Counted from the stretch's first letter, positions 37,165-46,806 are shown. The stretch is 64,000 bases of DNA from an uncultured Ruminococcus sp. (GCA_964460165.1 CAYWPS010000001.1:9384-73383); one strand, 5' to 3'. Numbers and translations are program-made. Notes: generated by a model from the letters alone, not told the origin.

Positions 37165-38484
37165 ATGAAAATCACATTTATGGGCGCGGGAAGCACCGTT
37201 TTCGCCAAAAACGTGCTCGGTGACGTTCTGCTCACCCCCGCTCTTAACGAGGATCTTGAGATCGCTCTTTACGACATCGACGGAGATAGGCTCGACGAGT
37301 CACGCATGATAATTGACGCGCTCAACAGCAAGTATAACGGCGGTAAGGCAAAGATCGGGAGCTACCTGGGTGTCGAGAGCCGCAAGGATGCGCTCCGCGG
37401 TGCTAAATTCGTAGTCAACGCAATACAGGTAGGTCTTTACGACCCCTGCACTATAATCGACTTTGAGATCCCCAAGAAGTACGGTCTTCGCCAGACTATC
37501 GGCGATACGCTCGGTATAGGCGGCATATTCAGAGGGCTTCGTACCATACATGTTCTCAAGGGCTTTGCCGAGGATATGGAGGAGGTCTGCCCCGACGCAT
37601 ATTTCCTTAACTATACCAACCCCATGGCTATTCTTACCGGATATATGCAAAGATACACCAAGATAAAGACAGTCGGTCTTTGCCACAGCGTGCAGGTGTG
37701 CACGTCGGATCTGTTCCGCGGACTCGGTCTTGACCACTCAAGCATAGGCTCTGAGCTTATCGCGGGCATAAACCATATGGGATGGCTTATCGACGTACGA
37801 GATAAGGACGGAAAGGATCTCTACCCCGAAATACGCCGTCTTGCCAAGGAGATGAATGAAAGAGAAAAGCACTGTAATATGGTGCGCTTCGACTACATCG
37901 ATAAGCTCGGCTACTACTGCACGGAGAGCTCGGAGCACAACGCGGAGTACAATCCTTTCTATATCAAGTCCAAGTACCCCGAGCTGATCGACCGCTTCAA
38001 CATTCCGCTCGACGAGTATCCCCGCCGCTGCGTAAATCAGATAGCCAAGTGGCAGGAGCAGAAGGAGCAGCTGCTCAACGGAGGCGATATCGAGCACGCG
38101 CGCTCCAATGAATACGCCTCAAGAATAATGGAAGCGATAGTGACCGACACCCCCTACAAGATAGGCGGCAACGTGCTTAACACGGGGCTTATCGATAATC
38201 TGCCCGCCGATGCCTGCGTCGAGGTTCCATGTATGGTAGACGGCGGCGGTATCCATCCGACTCACGTCGGCAGACTGCCCGTTCAGCTCGCTGCTATGAA
38301 TATGACGAACATCAATCCTCAGCTCCTCACGATAGAGGCGGCTGTCACAGGCAAGCGCGAGCATATCTACCACGCCGCTATGCTTGAGCCGCATACCGCG
38401 GCAGAGCTCTCGATCGATGACATCATCGCAATGTGCGACGAGCTCTACGAGGCGCACACGAAAGCGGGATATCCGATATTGTGA
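37165..38484 (+). CDS. GH4 family alpha-galactosidase/alpha-glucosidase (NAD/Mn-dependent)
   Basis: MKITFMGAGSTVFAKN Rossmann N-terminus and GLCHSV motif. 439 aa. Confidence 0.85.
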   Translation: MKITFMGAGSTVFAKNVLGDVLLTPALNEDLEIALYDIDGDRLDESRMIIDALNSKYNGGKAKIGSYLGVESRKDALRGAKFVVNAIQVGLYDPCTIIDFEIPKKYGLRQTIGDTLGIGGIFRGLRTIHVLKGFAEDMEEVCPDAYFLNYTNPMAILTGYMQRYTKIKTVGLCHSVQVCTSDLFRGLGLDHSSIGSELIAGINHMGWLIDVRDKDGKDLYPEIRRLAKEMNEREKHCNMVRFDYIDKLGYYCTESSEHNAEYNPFYIKSKYPELIDRFNIPLDEYPRRCVNQIAKWQEQKEQLLNGGDIEHARSNEYASRIMEAIVTDTPYKIGGNVLNTGLIDNLPADACVEVPCMVDGGGIHPTHVGRLPVQLAAMNMTNINPQLLTIEAAVTGKREHIYHAAMLEPHTAAELSIDDIIAMCDELYEAHTKAGYPIL

Positions 38485-38582
38485 TCAGTTATTATCGCCC
38501 GATGGGCAATCCATGATCTCACTTTGTGAAAGCTGTGAGTTAGCGTTGCTAACTTTATGAGTGCCGCGCGCGTTGATAAAAA

Positions 38583-38636
38583 CAAAAAGCAAGAGCTTTG
38601 GCATTTTACCATTTGCTCTTGCTTTTCCTTTTTCTT
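38583..38636 (+). terminator. intrinsic terminator after the GH4 gene
   Basis: AAGCAAGAGC (38587-38596) pairs with GCTCTTGCTT (38615-38624), followed by a T-rich tract. Confidence 0.7.
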
Positions 38637-38763
38637 GCTTTTCCTCTTGGATGCTTCGGCTTTTATCAAGCGGAGGAATTTTGAGATAGTTCTCGCGTTC
38701 TTCTAACAGGAGGCGTACATACGGGTACGCCGAGCTTGGCAGAAAACGGGGAAATATCCGAAA

Positions 38764-38991
38764 TTACTCAGCGAGCCAAGACTCAGCGTTCTTCTTGGAA
38801 ACTCTCGCGATCTTCTCGCTAGGATACTTCGACTCCGCACCGCCGTTGGTGTAGAGGAAGTACTTACCGTCAGCAGTAACGTAGAGAGTCTCCTCGTAGC
38901 CCGCGGGATCGCCAAAGTAACCGTTGGTTACCTTCTTAACTACGGTAGATGCAGCGGTATCGTACTCGGTTCCGCAAATGATCTTTTTCAT
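38764..38991 (-). CDS. small hypothetical protein
   Basis: 75 aa with coding-like composition. GGAAG-type RBS upstream. No family recognised. Confidence 0.5.
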   Translation of the reverse strand: MKKIICGTEYDTAASTVVKKVTNGYFGDPAGYEETLYVTADGKYFLYTNGGAESKYPSEKIARVSKKNAESWLAE

Positions 38992-39050
38992 TCTTTTTCT
39001 TCCTTTCCTATATTTTTACTTCACACGCCCCATAAGCAAGTCAGATCGGA

Positions 39051-39977
39051 TCAACCCTGATCCTGAATCTTTGCAATATCGTAAGGCGTAGTCTGGTAAA
39101 CAAAGTAATTGAGCCAGTTGGTGAACAGAAGCGTTGCGTGAGCGCGCCATGTAAGCATGGGCGGCTTCGTATCGTCGTCACCGGGGTAATAATTCTTCGG
39201 CACCTTCGGATTAATACCAAGTGCCTTATCTCTCTGATACTCCTTCTCAAGAGTTACAGCGTCATATTCGGAGTGCCCCGTGAGAAAGACCTGCTTTCCG
39301 CCGGGAGTAATAACGGCGTAAACACCCGCCTCCTCGGATGAGGCAAGTATCTTCAAAAGAGGAGTGTTCTCGATATCCTCGCGCAAAACGGTGGTGTACC
39401 TCGAATGAGGAACGTAGAAGACCTCGTCAAAGCCACGGAACAAAATCGAGCGCTTATAGTCAACCGTGTGAGGATACACGCCCGAGAGCTTTTCCTTCAT
39501 CAGATGCTTCTTTATGCCGAAGTGGTAGTAAAGACCTGCCTGCGCGCCCCAGCAAATATGCAAAGTGCTGTGCACGTGAGTCTTCGACCACTCCATTATC
39601 TCGACGAGCTCATCCCAATACTCAACCTCCTCAAACTCCATCTTTTCAACAGGAGCTCCGGTGATTATCAATCCGTCAAAGTATCTGTCCTTCACGTCGG
39701 AGAACTCCTTGTAGAAGGCGAGGAGATGCTCCTCGGATACGTTCTTTGATTTATGGGTAGAGGTATGTATAAGCTCTATCTCCACCTGGAGCGGAGTGTT
39801 GCCGAGAAGGCGGGATAATTGCGTCTCCGTGTCAACTTTAGTTGGCATTAAATTCAAAACGAGTATCTTAAGAGGACGAATGTCCTGAGTTATAGCTCTC
39901 GTTTCCGTCATAACAAAGATGTTCTCCGCCTCGAGAGCTCTCACGGCGGGAAGCTCGTTGGGAATCTTGATAGGCAT
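39051..39977 (-). CDS. metA: homoserine O-acyltransferase (MetA family)
   Basis: [11 protein letters not shown] start and MetA-type active-site region (HICWGAQ). 308 aa. Confidence 0.9.
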   Translation of the reverse strand: MPIKIPNELPAVRALEAENIFVMTETRAITQDIRPLKILVLNLMPTKVDTETQLSRLLGNTPLQVEIELIHTSTHKSKNVSEEHLLAFYKEFSDVKDRYFDGLIITGAPVEKMEFEEVEYWDELVEIMEWSKTHVHSTLHICWGAQAGLYYHFGIKKHLMKEKLSGVYPHTVDYKRSILFRGFDEVFYVPHSRYTTVLREDIENTPLLKILASSEEAGVYAVITPGGKQVFLTGHSEYDAVTLEKEYQRDKALGINPKVPKNYYPGDDDTKPPMLTWRAHATLLFTNWLNYFVYQTTPYDIAKIQDQG

Positions 39978-40003
39978 TATTTTTCTCCATTAAAGCGTAG
40001 TCA

Positions 40004-41293
40004 TTATATACTCTCAAGAGCAGCTTTGAGATCGGCGATGAGATCGTCCTTGTTTTCTATGCCGCAGGAGTAGCGCACGAGGTCGCTAGATACGCCGGCG
40101 GCGATAAGCTCCTCGTCGTTCATCTGTCTGTGAGTTGCGGACGCCGGGTGCAGACAGCAGGTACGCGCATCGGCAACGTGCGTCTCAATAGCACCGAGCT
40201 TCAAGTTCTTCATAAACTTCTCCGCAGCCGATCTTCCGCCCTTGACGCCGAAGCTGATAACACCGCAGGTTCCCCTCGGCATATACTTTTTAGCGAGGGC
40301 GTAATACTTGTCGCTCTCAAGTCCCGGATATCTTACCCAGGAAACGTTCTCGTGAGACTCAAGGAACTTAGCAACCGCGAGAGCGTTCTCGCAGTGTCTT
40401 TCCATACGGACGTGGAGGCTCTCAAGCCCAAGTCCGAGGATAAACGCGCTCTGAGGCGACTGAGTACAACCGAAGTCACGCATCAGCTGAGCGGTACACT
40501 TGGTTATAAACGCGCCCTCCTTGCCAAACTTCTCGGCATAGGTAATGCCGTGGTAGCTGTCGTCGGGAGTACAAAGACCGGGGAACTTATCCGCATGTGC
40601 CATCCAGTCAAAGTTACCGGCGTCAACGACGCATCCTCCCACCGCGCTGCCGTGACCGTCCATATACTTCGTGGTCGAATGAGTTACTATATCCGCGCCC
40701 CACTCGATAGGTCTGCAATTAATGGGAGTCGCGAAGGTGTTATCTATGATAAGCGGAACGCCGTGAGCATGCGCGCACTTTGCGAAGAGCTCTATGTCGA
40801 GGACGTTGAGCGCGGGGTTGGCGATCGTCTCGCCGAATACCGCCTTGGTATTAGGTCTGAACGCCGCATTGATCTGTTCTTCTGTGGAGTCGGGAGAAAT
40901 AAAGGTAAAGGAGATACCCATCTTCTTCATAGTAACGGCAAAGAGGTTATAGGATCCTCCGTATATTGTGGACGAGGATACAATGTGATCGCCTGCCGAC
41001 GCTATGTTGAACACCGCGAAGAAGTTAGCCGCCTGACCGGAGGATGTAAGCATAGCGGCGCTGCCGCCCTCAAGCTCGCATATTCTCGCCGCAACGGTAT
41101 CGCAGGTGGGATTTTGCAATCTCGAATAGAAATAACCGGACGCCTCGAGGTCAAAAAGCTTGCCCATATCCTCGCTAGTAGCGTATTTAAAGGTCGTGCT
41201 CTGCACTATCGGAATCTGTCTCGGCTCACCGCTTTTAGGGGAATATCCGCCCTGAACGCAGCTGGTTTCTATCGCAACTTTTCTTTCTTTCAT
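40004..41293 (-). CDS. metY: O-acetylhomoserine sulfhydrylase (PLP-dependent)
   Basis: Cys/Met metabolism PLP enzyme with the HSTTKYMDGHG lysine motif. The ATG at 41293 is preceded by AAAAGGAG. Confidence 0.9.
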   Translation of the reverse strand: MKERKVAIETSCVQGGYSPKSGEPRQIPIVQSTTFKYATSEDMGKLFDLEASGYFYSRLQNPTCDTVAARICELEGGSAAMLTSSGQAANFFAVFNIASAGDHIVSSSTIYGGSYNLFAVTMKKMGISFTFISPDSTEEQINAAFRPNTKAVFGETIANPALNVLDIELFAKCAHAHGVPLIIDNTFATPINCRPIEWGADIVTHSTTKYMDGHGSAVGGCVVDAGNFDWMAHADKFPGLCTPDDSYHGITYAEKFGKEGAFITKCTAQLMRDFGCTQSPQSAFILGLGLESLHVRMERHCENALAVAKFLESHENVSWVRYPGLESDKYYALAKKYMPRGTCGVISFGVKGGRSAAEKFMKNLKLGAIETHVADARTCCLHPASATHRQMNDEELIAAGVSSDLVRYSCGIENKDDLIADLKAALESI

Positions 41294-41334
41294 TTTTCTT
41301 ATCTCCTTTTCAGATATTAAAAATCCGACGGCAA

Positions 41335-41583
41335 AACAAAAAACGCCACCCGTTCTCAGTCTTGAGACGAATGACATCTGTCAGCCGCGGTACCACTCAA
41401 ATTCGCGCTTACGCGCCTCGGGGACTCAACCAAGTCCTGCACCGATAACGCTGTGCTTGCGGATCGCCCTACATATCGAACGATCGGCTCGGGAGCCATA
41501 GACCATCACCCTTCAGCTGCCGTCTCTCACCAACCGCGGCTCTCTTTGAGCTTATCTGTGATATCCTCTCCGTCATCGTCTTT
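41335..41583 (-). promoter_or_regulatory. T-box leader (tRNA-sensing riboswitch) with terminator
   Basis: On the minus strand: AUGA...AGAGGA GA-type motif, AGAGAG bulge, the conserved T-box sequence AAUUUGAGUGGUACCGCGG (41403-41385), then a long stem followed by U6 (41376-41335). Confidence 0.8.
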
Positions 41584-41589
41584 ACGATA

Positions 41590-41618
41590 ATTCTATCATA
41601 CTGTACAAAACTTGTCAA
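41590..41618 (-). promoter_or_regulatory. sigma-A promoter of the T-box-metY-metA unit
   Basis: On the minus strand: TTGACA (41618-41613), 17 nt, TGATAGAAT (hexamer at 41595-41590). Confidence 0.65.
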
Positions 41619-41765
41619 GTAGTTTCGTTAATTCTTTACAAAAAATAACCTGCGCTCACACACGTGCGAGAGGTATATTGCTCCATCTATTGAAAAAACT
41701 TGAATTTTATACACGAAAAAGCTCTTGCCCGGTACAAAACTTTACCCCATTTTTCTTGACTATTA

Positions 41766-41794
41766 TGAAAAACTGTGGTAGAATATATATCCTA
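41766..41794 (+). promoter_or_regulatory. sigma-A promoter for the mgtC-family gene
   Basis: TTGACT (41766-41771), 17 nt, TGGTAGAAT (hexamer at 41789-41794). Confidence 0.6.
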
Positions 41795-41838
41795 ACTACA
41801 ATCCGTCTCGCCGTGAGGCGAAGAAAGGAGATACGTAT

Positions 41839-42549
41839 ATGAATTTTTTGCTTTCGTCATACAGCCCGTCCTTTTCATTCCATGATCTTGGTGTTGCGGC
41901 GTTCAGAATACTCATCGCGCTCATAGTAGGCGGTATCATCGGTATGGAGAGAGGCCGTCAGGGGCGCGCGGCAGGCATGCGTACGCACATACTAGTATGT
42001 CTTGGCGCAACGTTGACGTCCATGACGGGAATGTACGCATTTGACGTGCTCGGTGTCGGCAACGACCCCTTGAGGATCGCGGCGCAGGTGATCTCAGGCA
42101 TAGGCTTCCTCGGCGTCGGTACGATCCTGATAAAGGGCCGCTTCCAGATCACGGGACTTACCACGGCGGCGGGTATATGGTGCGCGGCTACCATCGGCAT
42201 CGCGCTCGGCATCGGATACTACGAGGGCGCGCTCGTCACCTTTATCGCCTCGGTAATCGCGGTTACCGTTATGCACAAGCTCGAATACAGCATCGCAAGA
42301 CAGCACACGCGCTTCGGCATGTATGTGGAAATAACCTCCGCCGACAAGGTCAGACCGACCGTAGATTTTCTTACGGAGAACTACCGCTCCACAGACGTGC
42401 AGATAACTCCTCCGCGAAGCGGTACGGCGGGCTACGTCGGTATCGAGGTCAATATTCACCCCTCGGCAAAGCACCCGTTCACACCCTCCGGTGTTGCAAA
42501 GGAGCTTGAGGAGCTCGAGGACGTAATATTCGCGCTCGAGTCGATTTAA
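41839..42549 (+). CDS. mgtC: MgtC/SapB family membrane protein
   Basis: N-terminal MgtC TM domain (GIIGMERGRQGRAAGMRTH) plus a C-terminal ACT-like domain. 236 aa. Confidence 0.85.
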   Translation: MNFLLSSYSPSFSFHDLGVAAFRILIALIVGGIIGMERGRQGRAAGMRTHILVCLGATLTSMTGMYAFDVLGVGNDPLRIAAQVISGIGFLGVGTILIKGRFQITGLTTAAGIWCAATIGIALGIGYYEGALVTFIASVIAVTVMHKLEYSIARQHTRFGMYVEITSADKVRPTVDFLTENYRSTDVQITPPRSGTAGYVGIEVNIHPSAKHPFTPSGVAKELEELEDVIFALESI

Positions 42550-42606
42550 AAATTCAGCTTAACAGCATACAAGGATGCGTTCTCCGCCCGAGAGCGTCGG
42601 AGGAAG

Positions 42607-42698
42607 GAACCCCGAATTTTCGCTCTAAATCCCCCTATCCCCTGCGCAAAAGAGGCTAGCTCAAGTTTTTCGAACTTGAGCTAGCCTCTTCTTTTGTT
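42607..42698 (+). repeat. dispersed ~90-nt element, copy 1 (C-rich tract plus 17-bp terminator hairpin); candidate sRNA 3' module
   Basis: Near-identical to 48385-48476, with one C indel and differing T-tails. The stem pairs 42651-42667 with 42673-42689. Confidence 0.85.
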
Positions 42699-42763
42699 AA
42701 ACTTATATGTTAAGCTATTTTTATTATTCAACCGACTCTTTTTTCGGTTACGCCTGAATTTTC

Positions 42764-44566
42764 TCAGATGGAGTACACCGAGGAGTATTCCTTATACATC
42801 TGCTCGAAGTCCTCACTGTTGTGATTCTTTCTGTTGTACTTGTGCATCTCGAGCGCATCGTACTTAGCGATCTCTATGACGCATCCTCCAATGTTGGCAC
42901 AGTGGTCGGAAACGCGCTCAAAGTTATTGAGTATATCAGAAAGAACGAAGCCGTGCTCGATGGTGCACTCACTCTTTTGAAGTCTGATGACGTGATTGAG
43001 CTTGATCTTGTCGCACAGATCGTCAACGACCTGCTCGAGAGGATCTATCTTGGACGCGGCATCGAGATCATTCTCGGAAAACGCCTTGTATGAAAGCTCA
43101 AGTATATCGCTGACCGCGCGGCTGAGAACTCCAAGCTCTCTGGTTGCCTCGTCGGAGAATGCGATCTTCTTGTCTCTGATCTCCTCGCAGGACTCAACGA
43201 TGTTGACAGCGTGGTCTGAGATGCGCTCGTAGTCACCGATTATGTGAAGGAGCTTCGTTACCTGCTCGGAATCACTCTGGTCGGTCGTATGAGCGGATAC
43301 CTTGATAAGATAAGAGCCGATAGCGTCCTCAAGGTTATCCACCTTATTCTCTACGTCGCGGATGCTGTCCGCGAGCTTGGCATCAAAGTTGCCAAAGAGG
43401 GAGATCGAGTCGATGATCGACTTAGTAGAAAGCTCTGCCATGGAAGCAACGACCTGAGTCGCACGGCCAACCGCAACGCCGGGCGTGGCGAGAAAACGGT
43501 CGTCGAGAAGCGTCGAGGTCTCCTGATCATCCTTGGAATCCTTGATGATGAGGGTGGAGAGCTTAGCGAGCTGCTTATAGAAGGGACTGATAAGAGCAAC
43601 GCATATAAGCTTAAAGAGGGTGTGAACGATAGCGACTCCCCACGCGTCGATAGCAGTCCCGAGGAACGCGAAGTTCACGAATGCGTTGAGCGTATAGAAA
43701 ATAACCGACACGAGCACAACGCCTATGATATTGAAGGATAGATGGACTATCGCCGCGCGCTTACCGTTTTTGTTTGCGCCGAGAGAGGAAAGCATAGCGG
43801 TAACGCAGGTGCCTATGTTCTGACCCATTACGATCGGAATCGCCGCGCCGTAGCTGATAGCGCCCGTGACCGTAAGAGCCTGAAGAATACCTACCGATGC
43901 GGAGGAGGACTGAACGATAGCGGTGAGGACGAGACCTGCCATAATACCGAGTATTGGATTCTCGAACATCATAAGTATCTTTGCGAAGTTAGGGTCACCC
44001 TTAAGAGGGCTGACCGCGTCGGACATCATCGTCATACCGGTCATAAGAATTGCAAAGCCGAGGAGTATCGCGCCGATATCCTTCTTCTTGCCGCGCTTGA
44101 CGAACATAACGAGGCAGATACCGATAACCGCAACGATCGGCACCCAGGAGTCCGGCTTAAGTATACCCAGCAGCTCCACCGCGTCAGACCCGCTGCCGCC
44201 AAGGCTGTTAAGAGCCGTAAGCCACGCGGTGATAGCGGTACCGACGTTTGCGCCCATAATAACGCCTACCGACTGGATGAGAGTCATCGTGCCTGAGTTA
44301 ACGAAGCCGACGACCATAACCGTTGTAGCCGAGGAGGACTGGATCACGAGAGTTACGCAAAGTCCGAGAAGGAAGCCCTTGACGGGGTTGGTAGTCATTT
44401 TGCCAAGGAAGGTCTTAAGACTGCTTCCCGCGCTCTTTTTAAGGGAATCGCCCATAATGTCCATGCCGTACAGGAACAAAGCAAGACCGCAAAGCAGCGC
44501 AAGAATATCACCGAAGCCAAAGGTCGCCGCCTGTGTCGACAGAGTGAAATTCAACAATTTTTTCAT
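42764..44566 (-). CDS. Na/Pi cotransporter family protein with C-terminal PhoU-like domains
   Basis: 600 aa. N-terminal multi-TM Na/Pi cotransporter repeats and a C-terminal helical PhoU-like region. Confidence 0.85.
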   Translation of the reverse strand: MKKLLNFTLSTQAATFGFGDILALLCGLALFLYGMDIMGDSLKKSAGSSLKTFLGKMTTNPVKGFLLGLCVTLVIQSSSATTVMVVGFVNSGTMTLIQSVGVIMGANVGTAITAWLTALNSLGGSGSDAVELLGILKPDSWVPIVAVIGICLVMFVKRGKKKDIGAILLGFAILMTGMTMMSDAVSPLKGDPNFAKILMMFENPILGIMAGLVLTAIVQSSSASVGILQALTVTGAISYGAAIPIVMGQNIGTCVTAMLSSLGANKNGKRAAIVHLSFNIIGVVLVSVIFYTLNAFVNFAFLGTAIDAWGVAIVHTLFKLICVALISPFYKQLAKLSTLIIKDSKDDQETSTLLDDRFLATPGVAVGRATQVVASMAELSTKSIIDSISLFGNFDAKLADSIRDVENKVDNLEDAIGSYLIKVSAHTTDQSDSEQVTKLLHIIGDYERISDHAVNIVESCEEIRDKKIAFSDEATRELGVLSRAVSDILELSYKAFSENDLDAASKIDPLEQVVDDLCDKIKLNHVIRLQKSECTIEHGFVLSDILNNFERVSDHCANIGGCVIEIAKYDALEMHKYNRKNHNSEDFEQMYKEYSSVYSI

Positions 44567-44673
44567 TAATTTTTCCTTTCATGTAAACGGAGATGAATGT
44601 TTCATCGTTGTAATTATACAATAGCATGCCAAGAATTGTCAAGTGACAATTTCGACATATTATGATACCGGGC

Positions 44674-45336
44674 TTAAAGCAGGGTTTGTCCGTTTATCAC
44701 AAGGCTGAAGCGTAAACCGATCGCCTCCGCCGCCTGACGCGACATCTGCATTCTGCCGATAAAAATGCGGAAATAGTCTATCACAGCGCTTATCGAGGTG
44801 TCAACGTCGAGCTCAAGGATTATAGTACTCCTGTCCTCGCTTATCCTGAGGCTTGAGCGCTCAACCGAATAATTTACTCTGTCGTGTATATCAAACGCGG
44901 ACTTGTCGGAATTTCTAACACGGGTGCGCCTTACGTCGCATTTGTCGGCGATAATGAGCGCGGCGGATACGGGGTTTACGGGCACGCCCGTGCCCTCGTC
45001 GTGATTGCCTATCGCGGTGACCACGGTGGCTATCTCATCGGCATCCATACCGAGCTTGTCAAGAATACGGAAAGCCATTACCGCCCCGCTCTGCGAGTGG
45101 TCAACGCGGTTAACAAGATTGCCTATATCGTGCAGATACCCTGCCATTCTCGCGAGCTCGACAGTCCTCTCGTCATATCCGAGCGTCTCTAGAATATAAG
45201 CCGCTCCCTCGGAGACCTTACCTACGTGAGCAAAGCTGTGCTCGGTATAACCAAGAGCGATAAGCGACTCATCCGCCTTGGTTATATAAGTTTTGATGTC
45301 TTCGTTTTTTCTGATCTGTTCAAAAGTAACCTTCAT
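44674..45336 (-). CDS. HD domain phosphohydrolase
   Basis: HSFAH...HDIG...GNHDEG motifs. The ATG at 45336 is preceded by GAGGAG and begins 8 nt after the upstream stop. Confidence 0.75.
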   Translation of the reverse strand: MKVTFEQIRKNEDIKTYITKADESLIALGYTEHSFAHVGKVSEGAAYILETLGYDERTVELARMAGYLHDIGNLVNRVDHSQSGAVMAFRILDKLGMDADEIATVVTAIGNHDEGTGVPVNPVSAALIIADKCDVRRTRVRNSDKSAFDIHDRVNYSVERSSLRISEDRSTIILELDVDTSISAVIDYFRIFIGRMQMSRQAAEAIGLRFSLVINGQTLL

Positions 45337-45343
45337 AATCTCC

Positions 45344-46534
45344 TCAGATCGATCCCACGATCGTGTCAACAAGCATGTCAATTTCCCGAGAGCCCTCACC
45401 GCGCAACGCGGATTTAAATGAAAGGTCCTCACAGATAAATTCGGTTTCCTTAAGAGACGAGAGTATCTCCCTCATACCCTTACCGGCGCTGAGTGCCCAG
45501 GAGCCGCTCTCAATAAGGGCTATTTTTCTGCCCTTGACAGCGTGCGCCGTAAGGTCGCGGAGTAAATTCTCCATATTCACAAACACACCGCCGTTATAGG
45601 TAACCGAGGCAAATACGAGATGGCTGTACTTGAAGGACTCGGCTATAATGTGCGAGTGCTCGGTCACCGAGACGTCGTACATAACGCACCTCACTCCCCT
45701 CTCGCGAAGGCGGCACGCAAGGATGTTAGCGGCGTTTTCGGTATTGCCGTAAACGGATGCGTACGCGATCACAACGCCCTTCTCCTCGGGGGTATACGTA
45801 GCCCAGTGCATATATTTATTTACATAATAGCCAATATTATCTCTCCAGACGAAGCCGTGCAAAGGGCAGATCCTCTTAATATCAAGCGCCGACGCCTTGT
45901 TAAGCAGCTTCTCAACCTGCATGCCGTACTTGCCTACGATATTTGTATAGTATCTTCTCGCCTCGTCAAGATAATCCCTGTCAAAATCAACCTCGTCGGC
46001 AAAGAGCGCGCCGTTCAAAGCGCCGAACGTACCAAAGGCATCAGCCGAGAAAAGAGTACCGCTCGTCAGATCGAACGTCACCATGACCTCGGGCCAATGC
46101 ACCATGGGTGCGGAGATGAAGGTGAGCCTGTGCTTACCAAGCTCGAGCACGTCCCCCTCTTTGACAGTGAGAGCATTGACCTCTCTGCCCTTAAAGGCGC
46201 GTATCATATCGAGAGTCATTTTATTACACACCACGGTACACTCCGGGTGGCGCAAAAGCACGTCGAGCAGAGTTGCGGAGTGGTCCGGCTCCATATGCTG
46301 AACGACAAGATAATCAAGCGATCTGCCGTCAAGCGTATGCTCCACGTTCTCAATAAACGTATCCGTAACGGCTCTGTCGGCGGTATCTATGAGCGCCGTT
46401 TTTTCATCAAGTATCAGATATGAATTATAGGATATTCCGCGAGGTACGGAGTAGACCGCCTCAAAGAGCGCGAGCCTTCTGTTATCCGCGCCGACCCAGA
46501 TCATATCCTCGTCAATTTTTCTTGTACAATACAT
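45344..46534 (-). CDS. flavodiiron protein (FprA-type; metallo-beta-lactamase plus flavodoxin domains)
   Basis: 396 aa. HMEPDHS diiron motif and a flavodoxin-like C-terminus (VIAYASVYGNTE). Confidence 0.85.
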   Translation of the reverse strand: MYCTRKIDEDMIWVGADNRRLALFEAVYSVPRGISYNSYLILDEKTALIDTADRAVTDTFIENVEHTLDGRSLDYLVVQHMEPDHSATLLDVLLRHPECTVVCNKMTLDMIRAFKGREVNALTVKEGDVLELGKHRLTFISAPMVHWPEVMVTFDLTSGTLFSADAFGTFGALNGALFADEVDFDRDYLDEARRYYTNIVGKYGMQVEKLLNKASALDIKRICPLHGFVWRDNIGYYVNKYMHWATYTPEEKGVVIAYASVYGNTENAANILACRLRERGVRCVMYDVSVTEHSHIIAESFKYSHLVFASVTYNGGVFVNMENLLRDLTAHAVKGRKIALIESGSWALSAGKGMREILSSLKETEFICEDLSFKSALRGEGSREIDMLVDTIVGSI

Positions 46535-46734
46535 GCTGCTTCCTTTCTTTTCGAACGATCGTTGGGCTTTTGCCCACCTTATATATTATTGCACATTTGC
46601 GCGCGCAAAGTCAATAGTTTTTTTCACTTTGCAACGGCGCTTTGAAACGGCGCGCACTCTTTAGACACTTTTCGCGGAGTGTCTCACTGAAAGAAAAATA
46701 TCGGAGCAACAGCGGTAAGTTTTTCTAAAACCTC

Positions 46735-46763
46735 TTGCCAAATTCGGAAAAATGATATATAAT
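46735..46763 (+). promoter_or_regulatory. sigma-A promoter for the decarboxylase beta-subunit gene
   Basis: TTGCCA (46735-46740), 17 nt, TATAAT (46758-46763). Confidence 0.55.
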
Positions 46764-46806
46764 TGTGGCGTATGTAAAAACAAAAAACAGAAAAGGACAA
46801 AAAACC

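Noticed and set aside
38445-38669. 74-aa minus-strand ORF and a 9-bp inverted repeat TTGATAAAA/TTTTATCAA (38572-38580 / 38661-38669) around the GH4 terminator
   Set aside because: The ORF spans the terminator hairpin and is K-rich because it is translated from A/T runs. The inverted repeat is AT-rich and could arise by chance. No supporting context.
40130-41320. 396-aa ORF on the plus strand
   Set aside because: It is antisense to the PLP-dependent metY gene. It has no RBS and no recognisable domain, and its composition is typical of a shadow frame.
41300-41600. SAM-I (S-box) riboswitch upstream of metY
   Set aside because: I expected one from the gene context. The leader instead contains the T-box consensus GGUGGUACCGCG-like sequence and stem I elements, and I saw no S-box core.
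41795-41838. Mg2+ (M-box) riboswitch upstream of the mgtC-family gene
   Set aside because: The leader between the predicted -10 (41789-41794) and the ATG is only ~45 nt with one small hairpin. That is far too short for an M-box.
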